Below are positions 12,214 to 24,975 of a stretch of DNA of 64,000 nucleotides, piece by piece. Origin of the DNA: Mytilus trossulus (taxonomy: Eukaryota); assembly GCF_036588685.1 (NCBI RefSeq), contig NC_086381.1, forward strand, positions 79,608,001 to 79,672,000, written 5' to 3'. Within the stretch, counting starts at the first letter, position 1; every line of letters begins with the position of its first letter. The translations under genes were made by a program, and so were the position numbers. The notes below the pieces were generated by a model, which was not told the DNA's origin, made no database searches, and was given only the letters and a program-made list of their open reading frames with translations.

Positions 12214-13713
12214 AATATAGATGTTTACAAAGAGAAACAACGTCCTGTTCGAAAGATATGTATCTCTTTTTATCTTTTGTTCGAAGCAAAACAAAAGGAT
12301 CAACAGAAAATATTAACCAAAAAGAACAAAGTATCGCATGCATTTCACTGTTCGTGTTATTATTTTTTTTAAATAAAGAGGATTGTCATTTCGAATGAAT
12401 ATGCTGACTGCTTTTACTACAAACTTTGTTAAGATTTTTTTTGTTTTTTGATACGTACGATGTAGCTAGAAAATGACCACACACCAACACAAAAGATAAT
12501 ATTAAAATGTATGCATACTCAGAAGTGTTTGATTAAAAATTGGGAGATTCCAACTAAAAGAAAAAAAAACACTTCCTAACGCTCATAAGCTTCATTGATT
12601 CTAATTTTTGTGGGTGACAATTATTTCTTAAACTATCATCAGTAAATAAATTTACAAATATATCAGAAAATATGCCTCCAGGTAATCTAGGCAACGGCTC
12701 TTTTAAGTATTTTGATTTTTAATATAATTATTCTTTGGTTAAACAGTTTCTTGTGAGTCACATGTCCTTGTGTTTGCTCTGAAATGCAAAACAACATGAA
12801 CAATATTACTACCAAACTTCCAGGAAAATTTAAAAAGGAAAGTCCTTCTTCGAATGGCAAAATCAAAAGTTCAAACACATCAAATGTATGGAATCAACTG
12901 TCATATTTCAAAATGTGTTTTGTCATACAGTTTCCCCAGTATTCAAGTATATACATACATGACATATGGTCGTCATTAAAAAAGTCGTTATTGTATCAAT
13001 GCGCAGACTCATTTTAATAAGGAGTGTAGTCAAGTAAGAATAAGGTTAATTTTATCCGTGCAATATTTAGGAATAATCCAGATATCTGATGAATGAAAAG
13101 GAATTAGGTATTCACATACCTTTACTTATGGCTATTCACATCCCTTGAATTAATATTATAACAATAAAAGAGAATTTGGTACCACTTTAAATAAGATTAA
13201 TGATAATACCTTAAATGTAAATTATACGTCATACTCCAAATGTCATTTGTAATATCATAAAACAAACCGAATGAATACGTTCAGAATTGTGACATCGCTT
13301 ATACATTATTTAAACTAACAGCAGGTATCTGACGTATGATGAATCAGAAATGGACTATACAGATCAACGTTAAAATTCAATTTGGATTATCTCTCGTACC
13401 CTAGACAAACAATACCACCAAATGCAGTGTGTATATAAGCCCTGTTCACTGACTCATCCTTAATTGACTGTTGGAATGATAAAGTAAAAGCCGCCATATT
13501 TACTTGCTGATATTTTGATACTTTTGAATGTTGATGTTTATGTTAGCTTCAGCTTGTTTGCGTAAAAAACCTCTATGGAGACTATTCATTGAAAACTGGA
13601 AAAGTGTATTGCGATATCTAAATATTGTCAATAAAGACAACCATTAGATAGACAAGCATCCATACGTCAGCATTTTGTGATGTTTCGGGAAATCCAACTC
13701 TGTGGTTTAGAAC

Positions 13714-14270
13714 GTTATCATGGGTCCCAGGATTATAAATGTAATACCCCAGACGCACGTTTCGTCTACATATGACTCAGCATTGACGCTCAGATCATAA
13801 TTGTTATAAAGCCATACAATTACAAAGTTGGAGGGCATTGAGGACCCAACATTTTAAAATGTGTGCCAAATACGGATAAGGTTATATATTCCTTGGATAA
13901 GAAAATCCTTAGTTTTTTCGAAAAAATCAAAGTTTTGTAAACAGGAAATTAAAAAAAATGGCCATATAATTGATATTTATTTCAACAACGAAGTGCTGAC
14001 TACTGGGCTAGTGTTGCCCTCGGGAACGAAACGTCCACCATCAGTGGCATCGACCCAGTGGTGTAAAAAGTTATTAAACGTACCAGGATTATAATTTGGT
14101 ACGCCAGACGCGCGTTTCGTCTACATAAGACTCACCATTGACGTTCGCAAAATATGTATATAGCCAAACAAGTACAAAGATGAAGCGCATTGAGGACCCA
14201 CAATTCCAAAAAGTTTTGACAAATACGGCTTAGATAATCTATTCATGGTTTTAGAAAACCCTTAGTTGGA
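13714..14270 (-). mobile_element. Retrozyme-like tandem repeat (~355-bp unit, ~1.6 copies) with type I hammerhead motifs, family C
   Basis: ccaggattataa recurs at 13727 and 14083. Minus-strand hammerhead layouts at ~13745-13790 and ~14100-14145 (stem I, core, GTCT/AGAC stem II, GAAA, palindromic CGCGCG, TC). Both cores are mutated. Confidence 0.8.
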
Positions 14271-15274
14271 AATAACATTTACAAGTTACTACGATAGGCA
14301 TATCAGCACATGATCAGTAACGGTATACAGAAGCCTTAGTTGATATATAGTTCGTATCAAGAAATCATCGTTTGACTGAAAACACTTCCGATACATAGAA
14401 AGACCTTTTTCAAATTTCTCCCCGTGATCGTTTTTTGAGACCTTTCGTGTGTAGACAAAAACAAATATTTTATGTCAATTATAGAAGGACATGCTTTTTT
14501 CTCTTTCTTACAACACGGTGAAAATATTGAAAATTCCAAATGTATCTATACTAGGCGCAAACTCAGAGATGCACATAAACATGTCACAATTTACCTTCAA
14601 TGTACATCCACAAATATCGAATTATACTGGCAAAAGATATAACTACCGATTTCGCAGTTTGAAAAATGCTAAGCAAAACTTGAATACATATGTGTTACGA
14701 AACAAAGAGATTTAATACATTAGAGCTTGAGAAAATGTACACAATCAATGTGAATCAGATTCCATGATGTTCTATAAGCGCTCTTGACGCACTGAATATA
14801 AAAAAAGAAGATTTGGTATGACTGGCAATGAGACAATTCTCCTCAAGAGACAAACATGACACAGAAATTAACGACGTTAGGTCACTGACGGCCTTCAACA
14901 ATGAGCAAAGCATTTAGGGCATTTTTTTTAAACGACGGCGCAAGAATTAAAATGTTAAATTTGAATGGTTTTTATTGTTACTGCATTCCTCAAAATTTGG
15001 ATTATACTGCATTTAAATGTATTTTAAAGAAAGATGTTGCTTCAATTTTCTATTGGACGAAAAAAAAGCTGATTTCAGCCTGTCAACATGGCGGCTCATT
15101 ATTGACGAAATGTCAACTGTGGATTTGACAGCAGCTTACGATAATTAAATGTAAATTAAATTAGAAATGATAAATATTGGTGTTGACAATTAAAAAAAAA
15201 AGACAATGTCTTAAGGTTATATAAGAAATAATTCATGCAATCTTCAGTTTAAAGTTGACCATATAACTTTAAGT

Positions 15275-15672
15275 AAATAAAGGCAACAGTAGTATACCGC
15301 TGTTCAAAACTCATAAATCCATGGACAAAAAACAAAATCGGGGTAACAAACCAAAACCGAGTGAAATGCATTAAATATAAGAGGAGAGCAACGACACAAC
15401 ACCGAAACGCAACACACACAGAAACGGACCAAGCACAAGACAAAATACCACGAGAATAACAAACATAACATCAAAACGAAACACACGACCATGGGACAGA
15501 CAAGTACCGTGCCACGTTTTATCTTATTATCTCAAAAATAAGAAAATACAAACGACACAACGTAAAAATGCAATACACACAGAAACGAACTATAATATAA
15601 CAATGGCCATCTTCCTGACTTGGTACAGGACATTTTTAAAGGAAAATAAAAATGGTGGGTTGAACCTGGTTT
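15275..15672 (-). repeat. Interspersed repeat family F copy
   Basis: agtataccgctgttcaa...ttcctgacttggtacagg...tggtgggttgaacctgg; related to 40283-40370 and 46595-46860. Confidence 0.7.
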
Positions 15673-15972
15673 AGTGTCAAGAGTAAGAGGCAGAGCAGAC
15701 ACACGCACGGAAGGTCCATCCTCGCCTGCAGCCTCAGACCTGAAATATTTACATTGTTTACAGAATGGACAGTTATATTTTATATCTTTTAGGTAAACAG
15801 TCACAAATGTATAGCCTAGTTGCTTTCTATGCTAAATTCTACAATTCAAAGCAATTACGGCGGCTACTTTGTCTGAAGTCCAAATAAGGTTGCAGTCATT
15901 CCATGTCAAAATATAACTTATCCTGCTAAAACAAATTAACATATCTTTAATCGCATATTAGAACCAAGAAGC

Positions 15973-16541
15973 TACGGGGTATATATCTCCCAATTGATAC
16001 GATATTCCCGTGCGTGCATTTCCTATCATGATTTTCTTGATAGAGGGTTACTGCTCACAAGGAAGCTATTAAACCAAGAGTTCTAAATGGTGAAGTTGAA
16101 ATCATCCCTTCGTAAATTTTACGGACGCCATCACGAGTTGGTTGACTGTTATGGAATAACTGTTTCGCAAATGATATCGGATATGTTTCTTACGTCGTAA
16201 CTACATTCCCCTTCCCTTTCATCAATGTGACCTACCGAATTAGACTATTTACCAGATTTGTAATCACATAAGCAACACGACGGGTGCAACATGTGGAGCA
16301 GGATCTGCTTACGCTTCCGGAGCACATGATATCACCCCTAGTTTTTGGTGGGGTTTGTGTTATTTATTCCTTAGTTTTCTATGTTGTGACATGTGTACTA
16401 TTGTTTTTTCTGGTTGTCTTTTTCATTTTTAGCCATAGCGTTGTCAGTTTGTTTTATATTTATGAGTTTGACAGTCCCTTTGTTTCCTCTGAGTTCAGTA
16501 TTTTTGTGATTTAACTTTTTGGTATCTTTTGACCCTCTTTT
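15973..16541 (+). mobile_element. 3' end of a Penelope-like retroelement whose ORF terminates in the RT thumb (Naiad-like or EN-minus), family B
   Basis: YGVYISQLIRYSRACISYHDFLDRGLLLTRKLLNQEF*MVKLKSSLRKFYGRHHELVDCYGITVSQMISDMFLTS* (premature stop 16084-16086, terminal stop 16198-16200), recognised as PLE RT C-terminus. No GIY-YIG follows; ~340 bp 3' UTR. Confidence 0.72.
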
Positions 16542-18567
16542 AGAGCTAGCTGGTTATCGGAAGTTTGACAGTATGCACAACAGGGCAAGTATGGTAAATG
16601 GAATTGGAATTGCAAGTGTTATATTCAAAATCATACCTTTAAAATAATCTGATATGTTATAGAGTGTTTTCAGCGTCTTTCTAAAGTGTTTGAGATTGGT
16701 GATAGAAAAAGAAATCAGAAGTTTTCGAAAGATTTATGTCCTCTTCTAAGTCATACTTTGCAGTTTAAAAGTTGCGTGGCAACAACAAATGGAAGTTTGC
16801 CAGACTGTACAGCCCTTTTACGGTCGGTTGCGTGTTAAACTAACAAATTTCTCCATATTCTATATACAAGCCTATAACTCAGTGATTGTTGTTTGTTATG
16901 TAATGTCATACGAGTGAATGACTGATTGTTTTGTCATTGTTAGGCCGTTAGGCTTTTAATTCGATTTTTTCAGAACGGTTTTATGTCAGCGCAATTATAG
17001 CTAATCATTATGTGACGGTTGTGTTTATTGTTGGAGACCTAACGGTTCTATATACCCATTGTTGGACTCATCTAGATATTTGTCTCATCTAAATCATTAC
17101 ATATGTTTTATTGGATAATACTATCATTAACAGTACCAATTTCACTGCAGAATATACGTGTTTCATTAGATGTTTCTCCTCAGTGGTACCAGAGTAGAAA
17201 AAAAAAAAAAAAAGCCCAAACATTATAAAATCAACACATATGTAGCTACATGCAGACTAGGAATCAGATTTATGGCTGGAGGAGATGCATGTGTTTTTGC
17301 ATTAAATGGATTTTTAAGATATAAATGACATGAATGACGTCTTCGAAACAGCTATGGCAAACATACGTAATCAGGCAGATTATAATTTTGGTAAAATAAA
17401 AAGTGCAGTTTTCATATTAAACAGATCAAGCTAAATACATGTGATAATTTATTTTTTTCGAAGTAACGGCATTTAACATATATTCTCATATAGCTTCTTA
17501 AACAGGTTTGATCTAAATATATATAGAAAAAAATCATAAAAAAACATAACAAAACTTGTTACCCAATATAGTGAGGTCTAAATTATCTGAAAGTTGTACA
17601 GTGAAATGCCGATTACACAGACACTTTTACAATTTGATGAATGAAAACAATTCCTGAATTTCTTTGAATTGATTTTAAGGCCACATATTCCTTTAAGATT
17701 TGGCGTGTCCTTGACTACATCCAAATCGCACCATATTTTCCTGGACGACGTGTCAGCCAGTTATAGGCTTCATTTTCTAATAGTTGGCATTCAAGTGGTA
17801 AATTTTCGGGAAAAAACAGTCTACAATAGACAGTTGTACCATTTGAAAATGAATTAAAGTACATATGTTAAAATCTTGTAAATAAGCTTTGAAATATCAT
17901 GGTTAATCACATATATTGTCTATTGTCTCCTGATGCAATATTCATAACTTTAGAAACCTTGTGTTTACTGAAGGAGTATTCGATAGCTGATTGTGTAGTT
18001 CGTGCATTCCTTCATTACTCGTGATTTCAAATGAAATATTTAAACGTCCTATTCTTCCGTCATTGTAAACACTTTTGTTTTTGTTACAAGTTGTTTTAGA
18101 AACTTTTCTGTTTCTGCATATCAATTAAACCAATTACAACTTTTGAAATACTTTTTGTTTTAAGACGTTAAGTTTAATGAATTTATAACCCACTTTTTAT
18201 CAATTGTATAGTATTGTACATTCGATTACACGAACGTACAAATATAATACGCATTTCCATCAGACTAATCAGCAGTTCCAGCAAGCATGTGTCTATTGTG
18301 CTCCATTTCTAAAAGAAAGGATATACATATTATAGGCTTTGTTCATTGTTGAAGGCCGTACGGTGACTTACTTTCTGTGTCATTTTGGTTTCTTGTGGAG
18401 AGTTATCTTATTGACAATCATACAACATATTCTTTTTTATAAATACAGATACGAATACAAATTGCGATAATAATTGTTGTCTTTGTACAATGATATGTTT
18501 TAATGATTTATATATGTATTTTACAAATTATTAATTGGTTGCATTTCTGGTACTTTGTATGATTTAG

Positions 18568-18765
18568 AAAGTAAAATCACAAAAATACTGAACTTCGAGG
18601 AAAATCAATTCAAAAAGTCTATAATCACATGACAAAATCAAATAACAAAACGCATCAAAAACGAATGGACAAGAACTGTCTCATTCCTGACTTGGTACAA
18701 GCATTTTCAAATCTAGAAAATGGTGAATTAGACCTGGTTTTATTGCGCTAATCCTTTCACTTTAA
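18568..18765 (-). repeat. Interspersed repeat family E copy
   Basis: aaagtaaaatcacaaaaatactgaac...ttcctgacttggtacaagc; matches 49560-49760 reversed. Confidence 0.8.
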
Positions 18766-19148
18766 TGAAATGTTTGGTGAAAAGTAAGATTCAGGCAAAC
18801 AACAATACAAAAATCATTCATAAAATTAAATATACCTCGATCTCGTCTACTTTCCGTCTGTATTGTTTCGCTCTTCTACTCAAATACATTTTTTTATTAA
18901 GGGAAACTGTCTGTTTAATACAGAATTGCCCATTTTATGCTTTTAAAAGTAAAGTAATTTTGTAACTGAGCTGATGAGGATGTTAACTTATCACATAGTG
19001 ATAATAACCTACCATGTAATACTTAAAAAAAAAACTCTGATAATTTTTCGATAGATTGGCGTTGTCATCTATACAATATCAATAATGAGTACGGTACGTT
19101 CTACAAGAATAAAGACAATCATTACACGCAATATTTATTCAAATGTTA

Positions 19149-20598
19149 GGCCACACAATTTAATTTCTTGTTCTACGGATTTTTGGACTCCAAAATATGG
19201 GGCGAGCGAGCGATTTGAAAATTTTAATAAAAAAATATTTAATTTGCAATTTTTTGAGGCGAAGCTTGAAAAGTAGGGCGAGCGATTATAATTTTTTGTG
19301 TAAACATTAAAAAGTAGATTTTGACAATATTAAAACTTGATTTATCACTTGTATGTTGACATTTCTTAAATTTCTGATGTATTTTTCCCTGTTCGCGAAG
19401 AAATAGTTGCATCTGGTCTATGTGTGTGTGACTGACAATGAGACAATTCTCCATTCAAGTCATAATCAGTTTGGGGGCAACCCCTTAATGTTATAAATAT
19501 CCCTTTTACATGTTTTAAGAGGGATCAATATAAGTTATAATATATTTGTTTGTATAAAAGAGCTCATATTTTCTCAAAGAACTATATATCTATCTGGTAT
19601 TAAATGGTCAAAACATGTCCAAGAATTTTGTAATATTCCTAGACTTTAACCATGTTAACACATTTACTTTAACAGTTTAATATTATTCAAAATAAGTGGA
19701 CCCCTCTTTTAGAAAAAAGTTATTTAAAATATGATGCAACTCTCCTCTTTTTGAGTACAAAATTCTAATTTTTCAAAGGTTTTGTATAGAAGAACTATAC
19801 AAATCCTTGGTATTTCTGTTTTCTTTTCTACATCAATAAAATGACCCCTTATCTGAGGGAGGGTTGTTCTCAACCTGATAATAACAAACACAGGTCGAAG
19901 TACGGCCTTTAAATTAAAAGTCCGCCTTTTACACAGGGCTTTGATACAGACCAAACAGCAAGCTATAAAGGACCCCAAAATTATTAGCATACACATTTCG
20001 AAGAGGAAAACCAACGGTCTAATTTATATATATATCCAAACAGGAAAATACCAAATTATGAACAACATCAACAAACGATAACTGCTGAACGACAGGCCCC
20101 TGAATCAATCAGGACAGGTGCATAAACATGCAGTGGCTATAGATAGTTTTGTTTCGCCAGCATACAATATAACTGCAGTTGACAGCAAATCCTTCATAAG
20201 TTCTTCGTACTTTATTCTAACAGCGAACATGTAACTAAGGGGGAAAGAAACCAATTGTTTGTTATTTTCAGGTATTTCCGCGCTGTTATAAATGTATTAC
20301 GGTGCACTCCCTCTTTGGATAAATAGGTTTCATGCTGAAGCAAATATTCTCACAGATATTTAGACCTTGTGGTGGGGTGATTTTATGTTTAAATTCGTTA
20401 TATACAGGTTAGACTGTGATTTTAAAACAAATGTTGATATCTTTTTATAATATTTACAAAAACAACGATGCGGGACATGGACATGATTATATTTCCGGAT
20501 GCGGGAAGCGGGAATATAAAAAAAAATTAAAAAAAATCTGTTTTGAAAAAAATAGGTGCGGGCGGGTCCGTCGAACAAGGAATCAAAATGGTGTGGCC
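19149..20598. mobile_element. PIF/Harbinger-like non-autonomous element with nested repeats
   Basis: Imperfect ~31-bp TIRs GGCCACAC-AATTTAATTTCTTGTTCTACGGA vs GGCCACACCATTTTGATTCCTTGTTCGACGGA; TTA on both flanks. The two ends could belong to separate copies. Confidence 0.55.
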
Positions 20599-23191
20599 TT
20601 ATGCATAGCATTATATTCAAAATAGTAAATGCACTGACCTCAACATTTCCAACATGAATTGTTTAAAATATATATTAGATATTATTCTAGTTTGAAATGA
20701 AATGTAGAGAGGTGCATTTTTCCCAATTTATAATTATAATAAAGAATAATAAACTATCGGAATAATTTCCCTGTTACACACATGTATATGTATGTACTAA
20801 CAATATATCGGACAACGAAGTACTTGTGCAAACATCATAGTTTATTTTCTAAAACACCTACGGGATATGCAACTGTCGACATATTTGTAAAAAATAATCG
20901 AATCTACACGTTATACTTACCTCTCGATCTACAATTCCAGTGTTGTTTACATTTTAGTACCATACTTCAACCTGTAAAATGGATAAAGTTAATATATATG
21001 ATAATTAGTGAATGTTCACATGCTTTCGGGAATTTCTCGTTACATTGAAGATCTGTTTGTGACCTTCTGCTGTTGTGTTTTCTATGGTCGGGTTGTTGGT
21101 TCTTTGATACATTCTTCATTTCCATTCTCAATTATATTTTCTAATATATGCCATGCCTATTTAAAAATGTTATGTATGGATGCTCTTTATTTTATGACTT
21201 ACAAATGAGTTATAGCCTTTGTATTTTTTTCCTTACATGATTATGTGTAATATTCGTTCAGATTAATTATAACTGCTAATTAGTGATACCTTACAGTGTA
21301 ATTGAAGACACATGTACATTAGTATGTTTATAGATGTTTTGTATCCACCGTTTGGACGTATTACATACTGATTGCAGATCGCGTCAATAAATCACATCAA
21401 GCGATACAGACAGATTTGAACACTGTATACCTATAACGTATACATAGATAAAATAAGTGTGCAGTTGGTACGAAAAACTGTGTACACGTCATCAATGGAT
21501 CGTAAATATCCATGAACCTACATCAAATGAATCAAAGTTGCGTTACCAATATCATTTACACAAAAAAAAAATTCAGACAGCTCGAATATTGATATGATCA
21601 TGATGTTCATGCTGAGTGATGCATTGCAATACGAGGAATTAAATAGAACAAGTATGTATTTAATGTATAATGTAGTATGTTTTAATGTGTCATAGTTTAT
21701 AATAAACACTTTAAAAGGACAATATATTGTTTACTGCACGTATGTGTGGTCATATTCACTACTTTTTGAAACATATATAAACAAAGCATCACGTTTAAAC
21801 ACAAGCCACTAAATTTTAGAGAACAAACAACCAGAAAAATGTGCTATCAATGTTAACAACTTCCTTGTTTCAATTGTAACCACAACTATTAGACTAATCC
21901 ATAACAGTTGTTTGTCTGCACGTGACTAGCTTTGTACCAAGTGCAAAATAATATATGTCTTTGAAAAAATATACAAAGTTATTTCTATATGGAAAATAAC
22001 AGGGCAGAGTATGTTACTGATTTGTTGAAAATTAAAAACTTGAGTTAATAGTACTTACCGCTTGTCTGTGTCGTACAATTTCATATATAACAATTTCAGT
22101 TGTAAAAGGAAAAGTTAAATATATATCATAAATATTTTCATCGGTTATATTGTTAACAATGATATCAGACACATCACATTATTTAGTGAAATTATCAAAA
22201 ATAGTATTTAGATGGAGGGGACCGAAAAAATATATTAAAACATGCTTAGTTTTAAGTTTTCTATTGTTTGTCTGTCTTCGTCGTAAAAGAGGGGCAACTC
22301 TAAGTAATTTTATTTTTGATCTAAGAGTTTGAATGTCCATCTGAAATCTTTCGCCCCATTTTTTAAGGAACAAAACAAATCAATACTAATACATTGTATC
22401 ACTGAAGATGATATAACAATATAAAATACAAATGTATATTTTACTATGTATTTCAATAACAAGCTTGCAGAAACAGTTTGCGAAGAACGCATTGAAGCCA
22501 ATGTTTAGTTGAAACAAAGGATGCACATTTGGTTTATCATGTTACAAAGCATATTTTTTCTAAGTAAAAAGTTATCAAATTTACCAGGATTATAATTTTA
22601 AAACGATAAATATGAAAAATTAAGAAGCAACAAATGATTATCAGTAAACAACATAAATACACGTAGGACAATAATACAATATAAGCAGTCTCTAAACATA
22701 TAAATACAAAATATAATGTTATGACAAATTTGCAAGGTTAACGTTAAAACTACTTAATTGTAAATACTTGTTATGTTAGTTTCTTAGCTGAACACAAACG
22801 AATTTGTTCTTTCTCATAGTTTCCAATGTCTTGTTTGAAGTTAAAAACATAAGTTATTCGTGCTGTTCGTATTATTGAAATTCAATCAGAATGTGAAATT
22901 AATATCAATACTGATTTTTTTTACTACCATGTTTCAGTCATTGCCCCAAAAACATGTCATTTTTTCATATCAATACGATGTTTGTGTCTATCACATTACT
23001 TCCAATTACATTGTTGGTATTCATCCTAAAATGTCGGATAGTTCATGATATAAGATTTAGCAAAAACTATCATTTGAATATGTCTAAACTATTTTGCATC
23101 ACGATTTAATACAATATAGAAATGGTTCAAATTTGGGACGTATGATATCATTATTTCTGATTTTAGATGTTTATCATGTTTATTAACATAC

Positions 23192-23449
23192 CTGATTGAT
23201 TAAACGCAAATATACTGTGAATAGAACTGCTATCGTTATACAGAACAGTCGGCGTGGATCCTGATAGTTTAGATAACATTAACAACTGATTGGCATTGGC
23301 ATAATATAGGTAACTACCAACGACATGTAAAGCATAGTAGACTATACTAACATTTGTTGAAAGTATTGTTTTAACATCAGAGCCATCGTCTTTACATGAT
23401 TTTATTTCGCCATCAGTATTAATCCAGTACAGTCTGTTCTCTTCAGTGT
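23192..23449 (-). CDS. YWTD beta-propeller protein, exon 5
   Basis: Acceptor cattgtag|; 258 bp open, phase 1/1: DTEENRLYWINTDGEIKSCKDDGSDVKTILSTNVSIVYYALHVVGSYLYYANANQLLMLSKLSGSTPTVLYNDSSSIHSIFAFNQS. Followed by donor-like |gtatgt; read-through would stop at TAA 23165-23163. Confidence 0.87.
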
Positions 23450-23606
23450 CTACAATGAGTTGAAAGCAGTAGTGGATAAATCATAATTCATTCGTACAAC
23501 AATAATATATGTACTTATTTTATTTATCAATATGTTGTTTACGTAACGATTGATTCAAATCGATTCACGACGACGTAAACAATTCAATGCAATACATGTT
23601 AATTAA

Positions 23607-24820
23607 TTAGGTCTTTCCACTTTTCTGTGGAAAGACCTATTGTTTTTCTTCTGATTATTTTTTTTTTTTTTTTTTTTTTTTTCTTCCGCCTAATTTTGTT
23701 CTTGCGATAAACATTTGTTTCGCAATATGTCGCTTAGATATTTGGTATATGATATCGAACAGTTTATGCGCTTTTGAAATTTACCCTGCGTAAACGAATA
23801 CTTTTCTTTGTAGGAGTTATCTCCCCAAACACTGTTTTCCTTGTTAGCGAATCTCCTTCGCAACCGTAAAAGATTACGACAAATTTATTTTACAAAATTG
23901 CTCGTTATATCCTTGGCATGATTTGTCCTATTTTGACCGAAGCGATATGACCGCTCCATATGAGAGTTATTTCCCCTTATGCATCTGATATAAGTGATAT
24001 GAATTTCTATCTTAAAAATCATAAGTGATAGAGACCTAGGATCTTTTGATTTGACGTCCTTGGTCCCAAAAAATGAAAATTAGGTCAAGGTCAAAGGTCA
24101 AGGTCATATTCTTATATTTGAATTTGGCTTATTTTCACTTATATCCAAAGACTGTATAAGATATCAACAAATTATTTTTACTCAATTGTTAGTTGCGACA
24201 TGTCGTAAGATGTACATTTTGATTGCAAGCGTACGTTGAATGTAAAAGGGAGTTTTCTCCCCTCTTGTATTTAAAAATACGCGTTTGGTGATATAACTCA
24301 TTAACTAAATATAATTAAGACCTATGGTCTTTTGATTTGAGGTCCTTGGTTTATGACCTTGAAATTGATCTCAAGGTCATAGCTTAATTTGACGTTCTAC
24401 ATTTTGACCTTTGCTTTTATTCTATATGTTTACATGATAGAGATATACAACTTTTAGAAAAAGGTATCAAACCATTTAACCTTGAAAAAAACACCCGGAA
24501 GTGACCTTTTGTAAACCGGAAGTAGCTATTTTTTTGTACTTTATTAATATAAAAGTATATAGAACCAGATATTTTTGGAATTAGTGTCAAGTAAATATTC
24601 AAATATAATCGGAAGTAACATTTTTCAAACCGGAAGTAACAAATTAGCTCCCTTATTTAAAAAAAAATGTATGGAAACAATATATTTTTGGAATCAGCTT
24701 ACTAGGAGCTATCATTTGACGATTGAAATGACATTTTAAACTTAGTTTCACAACTTTTCATATCAAAATACATTGTTTTGATGGAAAGACCTTCAATTGT
24801 TCTCTGAACAATTGGTTTTT
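23607..24820 (+). mobile_element. Helentron-associated non-autonomous element (HINE/DINE/pearl-like) in intron 4
   Basis: 5' hairpin AGGTCTTTCCAC...GTGGAAAGACCT, poly-T tract, 3' subTIR GGAAAGACCT, terminal hairpin CAATTGTTC-tct-GAACAATTG, T-rich ends, no TSD. Confidence 0.8.
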
Positions 24821-24975
24821 AATTATATCACGTTTTGTTCCTTCAACGTGTAAAAACAAATTGATCAGTATTTCGATTGTTTTGAACACAAATCTGTGAA
24901 CAACAAATGACAAAACAATGATAAATTGTCATATTTTAAGTCATTTTACTACAAAACTAACTAGTAACAGCATAC

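Larger units (their letters stand above)
9850..13520 (+). repeat. Diverged segmental duplicate (block A) of ~43120-49320
   Basis: Collinear matches: 9850-10070/43120-43350, 10460-10570/44418-44525, 11775-12345/47925-48250, 12990-13520/48435-49320. Confidence 0.8.

Noticed and set aside
16284-16514. Hydrophobic 76-aa ORF
   Set aside because: Lies in the T-rich 3' UTR of family B; the frame is not conserved in the other copies.
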